Assembly (NCBI RefSeq): GCF_009914755.1
Contig: NC_060947.1
Origin: the human T2T-CHM13v2.0 reference genome, Homo sapiens
Direction: 5' to 3' (one strand)
Length of the DNA: 64,000 nucleotides
In this document: in pieces, positions 45,469 to 60,802 of the stretch
Layout: every line of letters begins with the position of its first letter
How positions within the stretch are numbered: the first letter of the stretch is position 1
Program-made: the position numbers and the translations under genes
Notes under the pieces: generated by a model
What the model was told of the DNA's origin: nothing
Databases searched by the model: none
What the model saw: the letters and a program-made list of their open reading frames with translations, nothing else

Positions 45469-48400
45469 GGTATCTATCTCTACCCATTTATCTGCCTATC
45501 AATTTATCGATAGATTTATCTGTCCACCCAAATATACACCCATCCACCAACCCAAACAACTATGGAAAGGAAATAATATTTAGAAAAAGCTTAAGTGACA
45601 ATAAAACAAAGAAAATGTCAACAACATTTGTCATTGTAAATAAAATAGACAGAAAATATGATGCAGCCAGATAAACGTGATTTCAAATCAAGCTGTGAAA
45701 ACTTAGGCAATTTATGTAACCTTTCTGAGCTTCAGTTTGAATGCCTATTAAGTCTGAAAGTAATAAAACATCCATAGTATTGCTATAAAATTACCTGACA
45801 TGTAGATGAAGCAAACAGCACAATGTTCAAAAATCAATAAATGGAAATATAACCCGACTTTAGCAAAAAGAAAATAAATATAACAGATTCCCTTAAACCT
45901 TCATAATATTTGAACAAAAGTAAAAGCAAATATAATACATGTAACAAAGTTTGGCTTTAGTCTGAGTATCAGCATAAAATTTGTTATATTTTTGCCCTGG
46001 GCTTTTGGAGATAGAATACTTACTACAAAGTCATTCTGGAATTCCCAAAATATGAGTAATCAATGACAATATTATCAAATAGGTTAATATCATCTCTATT
46101 CAGGTCAAAAATGTAGCTAATATGTAAAAAGCATGACATCAAATGTAGAGTTGACATCCATATATACACATTCAAATACAATACACATTGTAGATGAAAC
46201 TTAGTAATGTCTCCTCATGTCAGCTCAAATATGAATATGAATAATGTAAATATTATTGTAAAATATGTTGAAATAATTCATGATAGTTGTGAAGCTGTTG
46301 ATTTAATATACAAAAATAATTCTTAATAATTTTAAATAGTTAAACAAATAGGGAAATCAGTTGTGAGTTTCTATATATGTAAAGAGATTGTACTGGTGTA
46401 CCTAGGTAACTTTAGGTAGAAAGAAAATATTTATAAAAATGTCACCAATAAAAGGAAAAGAAAAGAAATTAGATAATAACATAACTAGTTTTGTAGACTT
46501 GTTTTATGTGCTAAAATTCATAACATTAAAATACACTTTAAAAAAATTTATTGTCTAGTTATTTTACTGCATTTAAGCCATATTCCTCAAGAAAACATTT
46601 TATTTGTGAATTCTTCATATCTCTTAAAGAAAAATTAAAAGCAGAATGCCAAATTCACCACCTCAAACCAAAAGAGAAATATCTCAAAAATCACGCAAAA
46701 TGTCATGAAAAATCATCTTTGATGTAGATACAATAAAGGATACAAGGAATATGAAGAGGTGTATGTTACAGATAAATAGGGTAATCTCAAAATATGTTCC
46801 ACCTCCACTGGTCTGGGTTGAAAGTAAAGTATCTATTTGGTATTATAAATGTTAGTTATACTGACTGTAGAAGCAATATCAGAGTTGACAGTCTTGAGAA
46901 ATACAAAGTCAAACTTATAGAAATTTAACTTCTGAAATGTTTAAATGTTTAAACATTTAAATATAAATATAATGTTCAATATTGTTATTAATGTTAAATA
47001 TGTTTAATATGTTTAGTGTTTAAATATAATTATATACTTTATTTTAGATACATACAAAACAAGTATATTCTAAGATAGAGATACGTGACTTTAAATTTTA
47101 TTTCTATGAAATATTGATTTCAACGCTCAACATTTAATAAAATGTATATTAGGTACATCTCTAAGTGGGAATTCAATGATGACTTCATTAGATGGAAACC
47201 TCATTCTGCTAAGAGGGGAGCATTTGATGATGTCTTAGCTATTTTGTTAAAAATAAGAGAAATAAGAGCAAAAATGTCTACTTTCAAGTTAATTCTGATT
47301 CAAAACAGAAACAAGAGCTAATGGACAGCATGAAACCTATAGGAAGCTTGGAAACTGTGTTAAGGAGAAAAAATTAAATGCCAGAAGCAGACATACATAA
47401 TAAAGACTAGGAAAACACATTCAAGAGAAAGTCAGTTAAGGATAGGCTGAAAGGTATAAATGGGCAAATATCATGAATATGGACTCTGAAAGATTTATTA
47501 TATATATTTTGTATACTATATATATTTTTAATATTGTCTCATTTTTTAATTTTTGTGGGTACATAACAGGTGTATATATTTATGGGGCACATAAGATGTT
47601 TTGATACAGGCATGCAATTTGACATAAGCACATTATGGAGAATGGGGTATCCATCTGTTAAAGCATTTATCCTTCGAGTTACAAATAATCCAATTACACT
47701 CTTTATTTTTAAATATACAACTAAGTTATTATTGACTATAGTCAACTTGTGTTGTATCAATTTACACTCCTAACAACAGGGTACAAGAGTTTTCTTTTCT
47801 TTTCTCCATTTTCTCGCCAACATTTACTATTGCCTGTCTTTTGGATATAAGTCATTTTAATTGGAGTGAGATGATACCTAATTGTAGTTTTGATTTTCAT
47901 TTCTCTGATGGTCAGTGATGTTGAGCACCTTTTTATATACCTGTTTGCCATTTGTATATATTCTTTTGAGAAATGTCTATTCAAATCTTTTGCTCATTCT
48001 TTGATTGGATTATTATATATTTTTTTCCTATAGAACTGTTTGAGCTCATTACACATTCTGCTTATTAATCTCTTGTCAGATAGGTAGTTTGCAAATATTT
48101 TCTCCCATTCTGTGAGTTGATGCTTCATTTTGTTGATTGTATCATTTGCTGTGCAGAAGCTTTTTAACTTGATGTGATCCCATTTGTCCATTTCTGCTTT
48201 TGTTGCCTGTGCTTGTGGGGTATTGCTCAAAAATTTTTGCCCAGACCAATATCCTGGAGATCTTCCCCCAATATTTTCTTGTATGAATTTCACAGTTTGA
48301 GGTCTTAGATTTAAGTTTTTAATCCATTTTAATTTGGATTTTTTATAAGATGAGAAATAGGGGTCTTATTTCATTGTTCTGCAACATGAATATCCAGTTT

Positions 48401-49188
48401 TCCCATCACTGTACATTGAAGAGACTGTCTTTCCCTCCAGTGTATGTTCTTCACACCTTTGTCAAAACTGCATTAACAGTAGGTGCATGGATTTGTTTCT
48501 GGGTTCTCTATTCCACTTCATTGGTCTATGTGTCTGTTTTTATGCTAGAACCATGCTTCTTTCCCATATCTCTGGAGTATCATTTGAAGTCAGGTAACGT
48601 GACTCCTCCGGTTTTCTTATTTTTGCTTAAGACAGCTTTGGCTATTCTGGGTCTTTTGTCATTCCATATAAATTTCAGGATTGTTTTTTCTATTTTCTAT
48701 GAAGAATATAATTGGTATTTTGAAAGGGATTGCATTTAATCTGTAGATTGCCTTGGGTAGTATGGACATTTTAACAATATTGATTCTTCCAATCCATAAA
48801 CACAAAATATTTTTCCATTTTTGGGTGTCCTCTCCAATTTCTTTCTTCAGTGTTTTATAGTTTCCTTATAGAGATCTTTCACCTAGTATTTAATTATATG
48901 TGTGGCTACTATAATTGGGATTAATTTTTAAAATTCATTTTCACATTGTTCACTGTTGGCATATAGAAATGCTATTGAATTTTGTATGTTAATTTGGTAT
49001 CCTGCATCTTTACTGAATTGGTATACCAGTTCTCAAAATTTTCCTGTAGAGTCTTTAGATTTTTCTAAATATAAGATCATATCATCTACAAACAAGGATA
49101 ATGTGACTTCTTCCTTTCCAATTTGGATGCAATTTATGTCTTTCTCTTGTCCAATTGCTCTAGCTAGGACTTCCAATATTATGTTGAA

Positions 49189-50720
<1,532 letters not shown>

Positions 50721-53700
50721 CAGTGGTGATAGTGGGTATCCTTGCTGTTTTCCAGATCTTAGAGAAAAGGCTTTTGGTTTTTCCCCATTCACTATGATAT
50801 TACCTGTGGGCCTATCTGTCATATATGGCTTTTATCATGTTGAGGTATATTTCTTCTGTCCCCAGATTTTTAAGGGTTTTTTTTTTATCATGATGGGATG
50901 TTGAATTTTATGAAAACCTTTTTCAGCATCAAGTGAAATGATCATATGGTTTTTATCCTTCATTCTGTATATATGATGTATCACATTGATTGATTTTTAT
51001 TCATTGAACCATCCTTTCATTCCAGGGATAAATCCCACTTGGTCATGATGAATGATCTTTATATCAATAACACATTGTTGAATTTTGTTTGCTAGTATTT
51101 TGTTGATTTTGCAACAATATTCATCAGAGATATTGGCCTGTAGTTTTTTTTTATGTTTTTTTAAAAATGTGTCTGTCTGATTTTGGTATCAGGGTAATGC
51201 TGGCCTCATAGAATGTTTGGAAGTATTCCCCCTTCTCTATTTTTTTGGAATATTTTAAGTAGAATTGGTATTAACTCTTCTTTAACTGTTAGATAGAATT
51301 CAGCAGTAAAGTCATCAGGTCCCAGGCTTTTCTTTGCTGGGAGACTTTTTATTACAGCTTCAGTTTCATTAGCTGTTATTAACCTGTTCCAGTTTTTTAT
51401 TTCTTCCTGGTTCAATATTGGTAGGTTGTATCTAGGAATTTGACCATTTCTTCTAGATTTTCCAATTTATTAGCATATAGTTGCTCATAGTAGGCACTAA
51501 TGATGGTTTGAATTTCTGCAGTATCAGTTCTAATGTCAGCTTTTTCATTTCTGATTTTATTTGAACCTTTGTTTTTCTTAATAAGTCTGGCTAAAGAGAT
51601 GTCAATTTTGTTTAACTTTAAAAAAAACAACTTTTTGTTTCATTGGTCTTTTATATTTTTTGTTCAAATTTATTTCTGCTCTGATCTTATTTCTTTTCTT
51701 CTACCAATTTTGGGTTTGGTTTGCTCTTGCTTTTCTAGTTATTTAAGATACATCTTTAAATTGTTCATTTGAAGTCTTCCTTCTTTTTTGACGTAAGAAA
51801 TTGTAGCTGTAAACCTCCAAGTTAGTATTACCTTTACTGTGTCACATAGGTTTTGGTATGTTGTGCTTCCATTATTATTTGTTTCAAGACATTTTTCAAT
51901 TTCTTTCTTCATTGACCCACTTGTCATTCGGGAGCATATTGCTTAATTTCCATAGGTTTGAATAGTTTCCACACGTTCTATTGTTATTTATTTATAGTTT
52001 TATTTCATTGTGATCAGGGAAGATGATTCATATCATTTCAAGTTTTTGAATGTTTTAAGACTTGTTTTGTGACCTAACATATGGTCTACCCTTGAGAATG
52101 ATCCATGTGCTGATCCATGGGATGAGAAGAATGTGTATTCTTCTTGGATGAACTGTTCTGTAAATATCTATTAGATCCACTTGGCCTATAGTGCAGATTA
52201 ATTCTGATGTTTCTTTGTTATTTTCTGTCTGGAAGATCTGTTCAATGCTGAAAGTGGGGTGTTGAAGCCTCCAGCCATTATTATTTGGGGCCTATCTCTC
52301 TCTTCAGTTCTAATAATGTTTCCTTTATGTATCTTGGTGCTCTAGTGTTGAGTACATATATATTTAAAATTCTCATATCCTCTTGCTGAATTGACTACTC
52401 TATCATTATATAGTGACGTCATTTGTCTCTTCTTACAGTTTTGGTGTTAAAACCTATTTTGTCTGATGTAAGTGTAGCAACTCCTGCTCTTTTGTGCTTT
52501 CCATTGGCATGGGATAATATTTTTCCATCCCTTTAATTTCAGTCTGTGTGTGTCTTTATAGGTGAAGTATGTTTCTTGAAGGAAACAGATCAATGGATCT
52601 TGTTTTTTCATTCATTCAGCTAGTCTGTCTTTTGGTTGGAAAGTTTAGTCCATTTATATTCAATGTTATTATTCATAAGCAAAGACATACTCCTGCCATT
52701 TTATTATTTGTTTTCTGATTGTTTTGTGGTCTTCTCTTCCTTCTTTCTTTCCTTACTGTTTTTCTCTAGGGAGGGTAATTTTCTCTGATATGACTTAGAT
52801 TTGTGTGTGTGGGTGTGTGTGTGTTTCTCTTGTATGTTTTTGGTTTTTGGTTTTAGGATACCATAAGGCTTGCAAATACTATGTTATAACTCATTATTTT
52901 AACCTAATAACAACGTAACACAATTTGCATGAAGAAATAAGCAAAAATAAATAAAAACTTCATTCCCCTGCTTTTTATTTTCTCTATTGATATCTTTTTG
53001 TACTCACTATGTCTTGAAAAGTTGTTGTAGTTACTATTTTTGTTTGGTTCATCAGGTAGTCTTTCTACTTAGGATAAGAGTAGCTTAAACACCACAGTTT
53101 TAGTGTTATAATATTCTGATTTTTTCCTGTGTACTTAAAATTACCAGTGAGTTTTTTCCTTCAGGTGATTATTTATTTTTCATTAGTGTCCTTGTCTTTC
53201 TGATTGAAGTACTCCATTTAGCATTTTTTGTAAGACAGGTCTGGTTTTGATGAAATTCCTCAGCTTTTTTTTTCAGGAAAAGTCTTTATTTATCTTTCAT
53301 ATTTGAAGGAATTTTTTCCAGATATACAATTCTAAAGTTTGGTTTTTTTTCCTTCAGCATTTCAAATATGTCATGCCACTGTCTCCTGGCCTGCAAGGCT
53401 TCTGCTGGCAAACCCATTGCCAGATGTATTGGAGCTCCATTGTATGTTATTTGTTTATTTTCTTTTGCTGCTTTTAGGATCCTTTCTTTATCCTTGACCT
53501 CTGGGAATTTGATTAATAAATGCCTTGAGGTAGTCTTTCCTTTGGGTAAATGTGCTTGCTGTTTGTTCTATAACTTTCTTGTGCTTGGATACTGACATAT
53601 TTCACTAGGTTTGGGATATTCTCTATTATTATACCTTTTTATAAACTGTCTACCCCTATCTCTTTCTTTATTTCCTCTTTAAGGCCAATAACTCAGATTT

Positions 53701-54291
53701 GCTCTTTTGAGTCTATTTTCTAGATTCAATAGCCATGCTTCGTTGTCTGTTATTCTTCTTTGTCTCCTTTGACTGTGTATTTTCAAATAGCCTGTCTTCA
53801 AGCTCACTAATTCTTCCTTCTGCTTGATCAATTTTGAAAGCAATCTGATGCATGCTTCAATATGCGTTTTTGAACTAGAGCGTTTCTGCTTAATTTAATA
53901 ATTATTTCAATCATTTTGTTAAACTTATCTGATGGAATTCTGAATTCCTTTTCTGTGTTACCTTGAATTTCTTTGAGTTTTCTTAACACAGCTATTGTGA
54001 ATTCTCCGTCTGAAAGGCCACTTACCTATGTGTCTCCAGGATTGTTCCCTGGTGATTTGTTCATTTGGTGAGGTCATGTTTTCCTGGATGGTGTTGATGC
54101 TAGTAAGTATTCCTTGGTGTCTAAAGAGTTATTATTTATTGTAGTCTCACTGTTTATGCCTATTCTTACTCACTATTTATGCCTATTCATACTCATACTC
54201 ATGTTACACCTATTCATGTTCATTTTTTATTTATAAGCCCTATGACTCGTGTAAGAGCTGCAGTCCTTATGGCCTAAACTGCCTTTCAGGT

Positions 54292-54435
54292 TTAAACACC
54301 ACAATTTTAGTGTTATAATATTCTGTGTTTTCCTGTGTACTTACAATTACCAGTGAGTTTTGTACCTTCAGGTGATTGCTTATTGTTCATTAATGTCCTT
54401 TTCTTTCTGATTGAAGTACTCCCTTTAGCATTTTT
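54292..54435 (+). repeat. 144-bp direct copy of 53085-53228
   Basis: Both read ttaaacaccaca...gttataatattctg...ttaccagtgagtttt...cttcaggtgatt...ctgattgaagtactcc.tttagcattttt. Confidence 0.92.
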
Positions 54436-56043
54436 AGTAAACACAGAGCACTGTAGCCCTCAGTTGTGAGGTTTGCAGGAACTCAAGTTCCCACTGCTGG
54501 TATCAACAATTCCTCTCCGGCTAGGACTGGTTTAAATGCTACCTCTGTGTGTGGGCATCAGCTGAATTTGGTCCAGTTTTCCTTTTTGCTCTAACATGAC
54601 AGCACTGAGTTCAATGCGTCAAAATTGCTGTGTTTTCCCACCTCCTTTCATATGTTTTATATATAACTTTCTTAAGACTCCAAAGCATGCAAAATGCTGA
54701 GTTAATTTTAAATGATGTATTTATGAAAGATCCATAGAGGGAAAAAAGTAAGAGACATCTATAGAAAACAATGTAGGTATTCTTAGAATTTTTCTTAGCT
54801 AAAATTATAAAGGCCATCCAAAAGGATGAGGGGAAAATGACCTAAGATAAATGCAAATAAGAATAGAGTACATACATTATAAAAATAGGGACTGAAAAAT
54901 TTAAAGCACACAAAGTGATTGGGCAACTCAGAGAAACCCAAAAAAGGAAGAGTAAATTATATGTCAGGGAAGAAAATGCACAAGTAAGTACTAGATCAAA
55001 TTTCCGAGAAAGACAGTTAAATTATATGTAATGTCAGAGATAATGAGGTATCTTCAATACTTATTCAATTTATTACCTATTGTCATCCAAGTAGAGCAAT
55101 CATAAAATTCAAGAACCTAGAATGAACAAAATTAAGTGGGAATAGATACCCAAGTTATTAGAGCACTCACCCTCTCTTTAAATAAGTATGGAGATTTAGG
55201 TCTTCATTAATTACATTTCAGGACACAAAAGAACTATCAAACGTCACTGTAGGGTAATCATTAATAAATCATGAAGCTTTTATATCAATTCCAGAGATAA
55301 AAAATGTTTTATAACTTTTAATGTAGAAAATGATATGGTAGGAGAATTGAGTCCAACATGCAGCAATACATGAAACAAATGTTTTGAGTGAATTAAGAAA
55401 AGGGAACAATTGATTGACTAAGAAAAAATCAAGGAAAATTGGTCTCACTTCTTCATATTAATAGAGACAAATGAATTAAAGGAAATCTACAATACCTTTT
55501 TCTGTTGCTTTGAAAAGGGGTTATTTTTATTATAAGTATATTTACAAGGATTTTCATAACAATTTAAGAACATTTATGCATTGAATGATTTTTAATGTAT
55601 TGGTTAGACACAGCAAAAAGTACAAGTCAATGGTGAAAAGTACATGCTCTCAAATTGGACTTCCCAAATTTGTTTCCTGTTTCATGCTTGGCTGTGTGAT
55701 CTTACACAAGTTATTCAACCTCTCTTAGCTACACAGGATTATGTAAAATGACCCATAGCCAGAAGTCTTTGCTCAAAAATTATCTTTAATTATTATTTTA
55801 ATCTTCATTTAATGTATACAAATACACTATAAAATACATCATATTTTCATTTTACAAGGAAAGAAAATTAGGCCTAGAGAAGTTACAAACTATATCCTAG
55901 GCTATTTAGGAATAGGTGATTCCACTTTAGGTCTCTTCCTATGATCTGACAGTATATTATTTCTTCAATAGTTTGCCAATTTGAAATTCGTTTTTAAGTT
56001 TAATTATTCTAATTTTAGTACTATTAAAGTCTATATGTATGGC

Positions 56044-56121
56044 ATATATATGTATATATATGTGTGTATATATGTATATATGTGTTTATATATGTGTGTG
56101 TGTGTTTATATGTATATGTAT
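56044..56121. repeat. (TA/TG)n compound microsatellite
   Basis: Alternating tatatg/tgtg runs. Confidence 0.85.
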
Positions 56122-57212
56122 CCATCTTTTCATTCCACTACATAATATCCTGTATTTTTCCTAAAATTAGGGTTGAAAAATAATACATTTTACTCAATGC
56201 TAACCAAATATAACTGAAATTTTACACTGGCTTAGATTCTTAAAACCATTTATACATCATATTTAAACATTTTATGTTTACCCCAGTAGTGACAATAAAC
56301 ATTATTTTTGTCTTTGCCATTTTTCTGCATTGTTGAGTGAAATACTACTGATGAATGTATAAACTACTCTTGTGAAAAAAATGAAGCCTTTCTATGTGGC
56401 TTTCATTAAAAATGTAGAGCATTGCTTATGAGAAACATTTGATATAAAGTCATGGGTATCCCTGAGAATCTCTTCTCTGCTCCCATCCCATGCTTCAACA
56501 GTTTCCACAGTAATAGCTTTATACATGCATTGAAATCTTGGGAGAATGCTGAATTCTAGAAATTCAGTTATCCTCCTGGCCTTTTAAATAAACTTAGAGT
56601 TATCTCAGAGAAAATTCACCTAAATAACTTGACTCTCAACAAAATGTACATGTGGCATATTTGCTGCTAAAAAACTCTGCAGAAATATAAACTGAGAATC
56701 TCAATTTTGATAAGTCTTTGGTGATTGTGAGACATCATATACACACTCAGATCCCCAGATCACACATGGCAAACAAAGCTTCAAAAAATGCTTTTCTACA
56801 GGGAACAAGTATAGGTTCTGGAATGAGGCCTGTGTTTGGAAGACATTTTATTCACCAGTTTCATGTTTGAATTTGCTCAGTCACATGCATTGAAGGTATT
56901 TATTTGTAAAATGGGGATGAGGGATGCTTCTCGTTTCAGTGTGATTTTGAGTAAATCAAATAGAAAAGATACCTGGAATAAAACAGGAAGGTGCCCAGCA
57001 CTTCCTTTTCCTTTCTCTCTCTAGTCAGTTACCTAAGAGCCTCTCTTCTTTGACAAGATTTCAAATAATGTATAAGAAAATCAGACTAAAACTATTTCCA
57101 AAAAGGCAAAAGTTGAAATATCAGAAAAAACTCATTATGATATTAGTAATCACAACTAATAATTACTTGAATGGTGCTATGAGATAGGCATTGTGCCAAG
57201 TACTTTTCATCC

Positions 57213-57264
57213 ATTACCTCATTTCAAATACATTAAATTACCTCATTTCAAATACATTAAATTA
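57213..57264. repeat. Perfect 24-bp tandem duplication attacctcatttcaaatacattaa (x2.2)
   Basis: Units at 57213-57236 and 57237-57260 are identical. Confidence 0.95.
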
Positions 57265-57809
57265 TCGTTAGTTTTTATGTCAACGTGATTGAGCCAAGGG
57301 GTGCTCAGACATACGGCCAAAGATTGTTCTAGATGTGTCTGTGAGAGTGCTTCCAGATGAGATTAACATTTGAATCAGTAGGCCGACTAAAGCAAATTGG
57401 CCTTCCTGACATGGGTGGGTCTCATGCAATCAGTTGAAGAACTAAATAGCCTAAAGGCTAAGAGGGAACTTCTCCTACCTGACGGCATGTGCTGAGACAC
57501 TGTTCAGTTTTTATTCCCAGCTTTAGGACTTGGACTGAAGTAAGCTCCTCTTGTGTCTTAAGCCTGCCAGCTCTAGGACTAAAATTTATACCATTGGCTT
57601 TGCTGGTTCTTCAGCTCCTCAGCTGTAGGTCTTGGGCTTCTCAGCCTCCATAATCAAATGAGCCAATTTCTTATAATAAGTATCTTGCCACCCCCACCCA
57701 GTACAAGCATGCCCCTCTGCCCATCTGCCCATCTATCCATCCATCCATCCATCTATCTATACATATGCCCTGTTGGCTCCATTTATTTGGATATGCCTGA
57801 CTAATACAG
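57262..57809 (+). mobile_element. MLT2 (ERVL) solo LTR, MLT2B-like, inside a MIR remnant
   Basis: 'ttatgtcaacgtgattgagcc...gatgagattaacatttgaatcagtag...ctgactaataca'. Confidence 0.8.
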
Positions 57810-57886
57810 TTAGCTGTTATTACACCCTCAAGTTGTAGATATTATAGTCTTAAAGAGATGATGGATCATATAATAAAAAATACACA

Positions 57887-59198
57887 TGATGGTGTTCAAG
57901 AAGTTCATGGAAAATACATATTATGAAATATCTATGCGTGAAGATCAAAAATTTTTGCACCAAAATAAACTTGTGTTAACTTGTTATTACATGTCTGACA
58001 TGATCTAGTTTGAGGCACTAAAAAGGATAAGACATCAGTTAGAAAAGAGCTCCTAAAAGGGCAGCATTAATTCTGCTAAAATTAAAGCTAGAACAAACAT
58101 CAAATTTATTGTGAAGCTTGGGTGAAAAAAATGGTGAAATCATTGACGCTTTAGATTAAGTTTATGGGGACAATGCCCCAAAGAAATCAGCAGTTTAAAA
58201 ATTGATAACCCATTTTAAGAAGGGAAAATATGATGTTGAAGATGTAGCTTGCAGCAGCAGATGATTCACATCAATTTGCAAAAACAAAATTAATCTTGTT
58301 CATGCCCTCATTGAGGAGAACCAATGATTAATATAGCAGAAACGATAAGTGAATGACATAGACATCTCAATTGGTTCAACTTACACAGTGTTGACTGAAA
58401 AATTAAAGTTAAGTAAACTTCCCACTCAATTGGTATCAAAAGTATTTTGCCTAAATCAGCTCTAGACACAAGCAGGGATTTAAAAAGAAATTTTATACTT
58501 GAGAGGCTGAGAGTAGGAGAATCACTTGAAACCGGGAGGTGGAGGTTGCAGCGAGCTGAGATGGCGCTACTGCACTCCAGCTTGGTGCCATAGTGAGACT
58601 CCATCTTGGGGAAAAAAAAAAAGAAATTTTAGACAAGTAGGATCAAGATCTGGAAGCATTTTTTCAAAGAATTGTAACAAGAGATAAAACATGGCTTTAC
58701 TAGCACAATCATTAAGAAAATGCATGATCAAAGCAATTGCTACCCTGAGGTGAAAGTGGTCCAAGACAAAGCAAAAGTGGGCCAATCAAGAGCAATGGTC
58801 ATGGCAACAGTTTTCTTGGGATACTCAAGGCATTTTACTTGTTGACTTTCTAGAGGGCCAAAGAACCATAACATTTGCTTACTATGAGAGGGTTTTGAGA
58901 AAGTTTGCCAAAGATTTAGCAGAAAAATGCTCTAAAAACCTTCACCACAGAGTCCTTCTCTACCATGATGATAGTCCTACTTATTCCTCTAATTACATAA
59001 GGAAAATGTTTGGGGAGTTTTGATGGGACATCGTTAGGTATCCACCTTACCATCATGATTTAGCTTCTTCTGACTTAGTTTTATTTCCTAATCTTAAGAA
59101 ACATTTAAGGGCAGCCATTGTCTTCAGTTAATAATGTAAAACGACAGCATTGACATAGTTAAATCCCCAGGACCCTCAGTTCTTTAGGAATGGAGTAC
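57887..59198 (+). mobile_element. HSMAR2 mariner transposon, 3'-truncated, transposase decayed
   Basis: 5' end 'ttcaagaagttcatggaaaat', 'tttgcaccaaaataaac', 'aattctgctaaaattaaagctagaacaaacatcaaattt', and a degenerate YSPDLAP region 'ccaccttaccatcatgatttagcttcttctgac'. Confidence 0.9.
58496..58617 (+). mobile_element. 5'-truncated AluS (right arm only) inserted in HSMAR2
   Basis: 14-bp TSD aaaaagaaatttta (58482-58495 / 58618-58631). Confidence 0.9.
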
Positions 59199-59214
59199 AT
59201 TGCCATATATGCAT

Positions 59215-59700
59215 ATCATATATATGTATGAGGAAATTTATTGAGGGAATTGGCTCATATGATTATGGAGGCTGTGAAATCCCACAATATGCCATCTGTA
59301 AGCTAAAGAATCAGGAAAACAAGCGGCATAATTCAGTTCACATCTGAAGGCTTGAGAAACAGGTGTGGGCTAATGAGGGACTGATGATATATAAGTCCTA
59401 GAGTCTGAAGGGCCAAAATAAAGGAGCTCTGATGCCTGAGGGCAAGAGAATTTGGATCTCCCAGCTCAAGAAGAGAAAGAGTATTTGCCCTTCCTCTGCC
59501 TTTTTGTTCTATTCAGGTGCTCAAGAGATTGGATGATGTCTTCCCACATTGGTGAAGATGGATCTTTTTTACTCAGTCTACTGATTCAAATGCTAATCTC
59601 TTCTAGAAACTCCTTCAGTGATATATCCAAAATAATGTCTTTCCTGCTATCTAGGCATCCCTTAGCCCAGTCAAGCTGACACATAAAATTAACCATCACA
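59215..59700 (-). mobile_element. MLT2D-like LTR, 3' end missing
   Basis: Ends 'gacacataaaattaaccatcaca' (TGTGATGGTTAATTTT start on minus). Contains 'ctgattcaaatgctaatctc'. Confidence 0.82.
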
Positions 59701-60802
59701 GCCAGTGGTAGAACTGGAACTAAGTCCATTCTGTTTATCCCCAATGTTTATACTTTTAACTAGTATACACTCATTAATCCACACACACCTCATTGCATCT
59801 GCCTTCCCACAGTCGAGGGGTTTGATTGTGCAGGGCCAGAGAGTTGCAGAAAAGAGTAGAACAGCTTGAGTCTGATACAGAGAAGAGCTCAAGTGTAATG
59901 ACAAATGGTGATCGATATTATACTTTAGTATAGAGACAACATAGGGAGTGCTGAGGACTGTGGAGAACTTTTCTACTTCTTTCCAGTTTGAAGGGAGCTG
60001 CAAGCAGATAGCTCTAGTCAAGTCTAACAGTTTGAGAAGGTGGGTACAATGTTGCCAGCTATTTCAATTTCCAAAGAGGGACCAGAAATCAAAATTTTAT
60101 AGAAACATATACACTTTTTAAATGTTAGAAAATTATACAATTTATCTTGAGAATAATAAAAACATATCTGTAGGTTAAATAGAGGCAGAGACTAAACCAG
60201 CACAAACAAAAGCACACAGATACACACACACACAGACCCCTATCCATCTACCTAATCATCCTTTACAGGATAGTACATTATAGTATTAGCTACATTATAT
60301 ATGTAAGGTGTAATTTGATTGATCAATAAGCAATTCTTTGTTCCACATATAGATTCTTAATTTTCAATATATGACATGCTGTTGGGAATCTATTAGGCTA
60401 TTTATTAGGGTTGCATGTTAGGTGAGACAGATAGTCATATTCATGTCTTATTTCACTTAAATGTTTTCCAATGCATTGTGCATACACACAGCATATTACT
60501 TTTAGGGAACTACAACATAATACATGCCAAAAAATGATGTACAAATAAGTAAAATAAGAAATATGGGTGTGCCAGGGAGAGGGTAAGGAGCAGTAAGAAT
60601 GAGCATCACAGAACTTGTTCTTGGAATGAGCATTCACTAAATTGATCACAGGAAATTTGACTTTTCAATAGTGACGAGATTAAAGCTCAAAGGTGATTGA
60701 AGCTCAAAGGTGAGGAAGGTGGACAAGGTTATTTGATGCCTGTAAAAGATCAAGTCATTAACAGTCACGCACACTGTTTACATGAATGACAATTACATTA
60801 GA

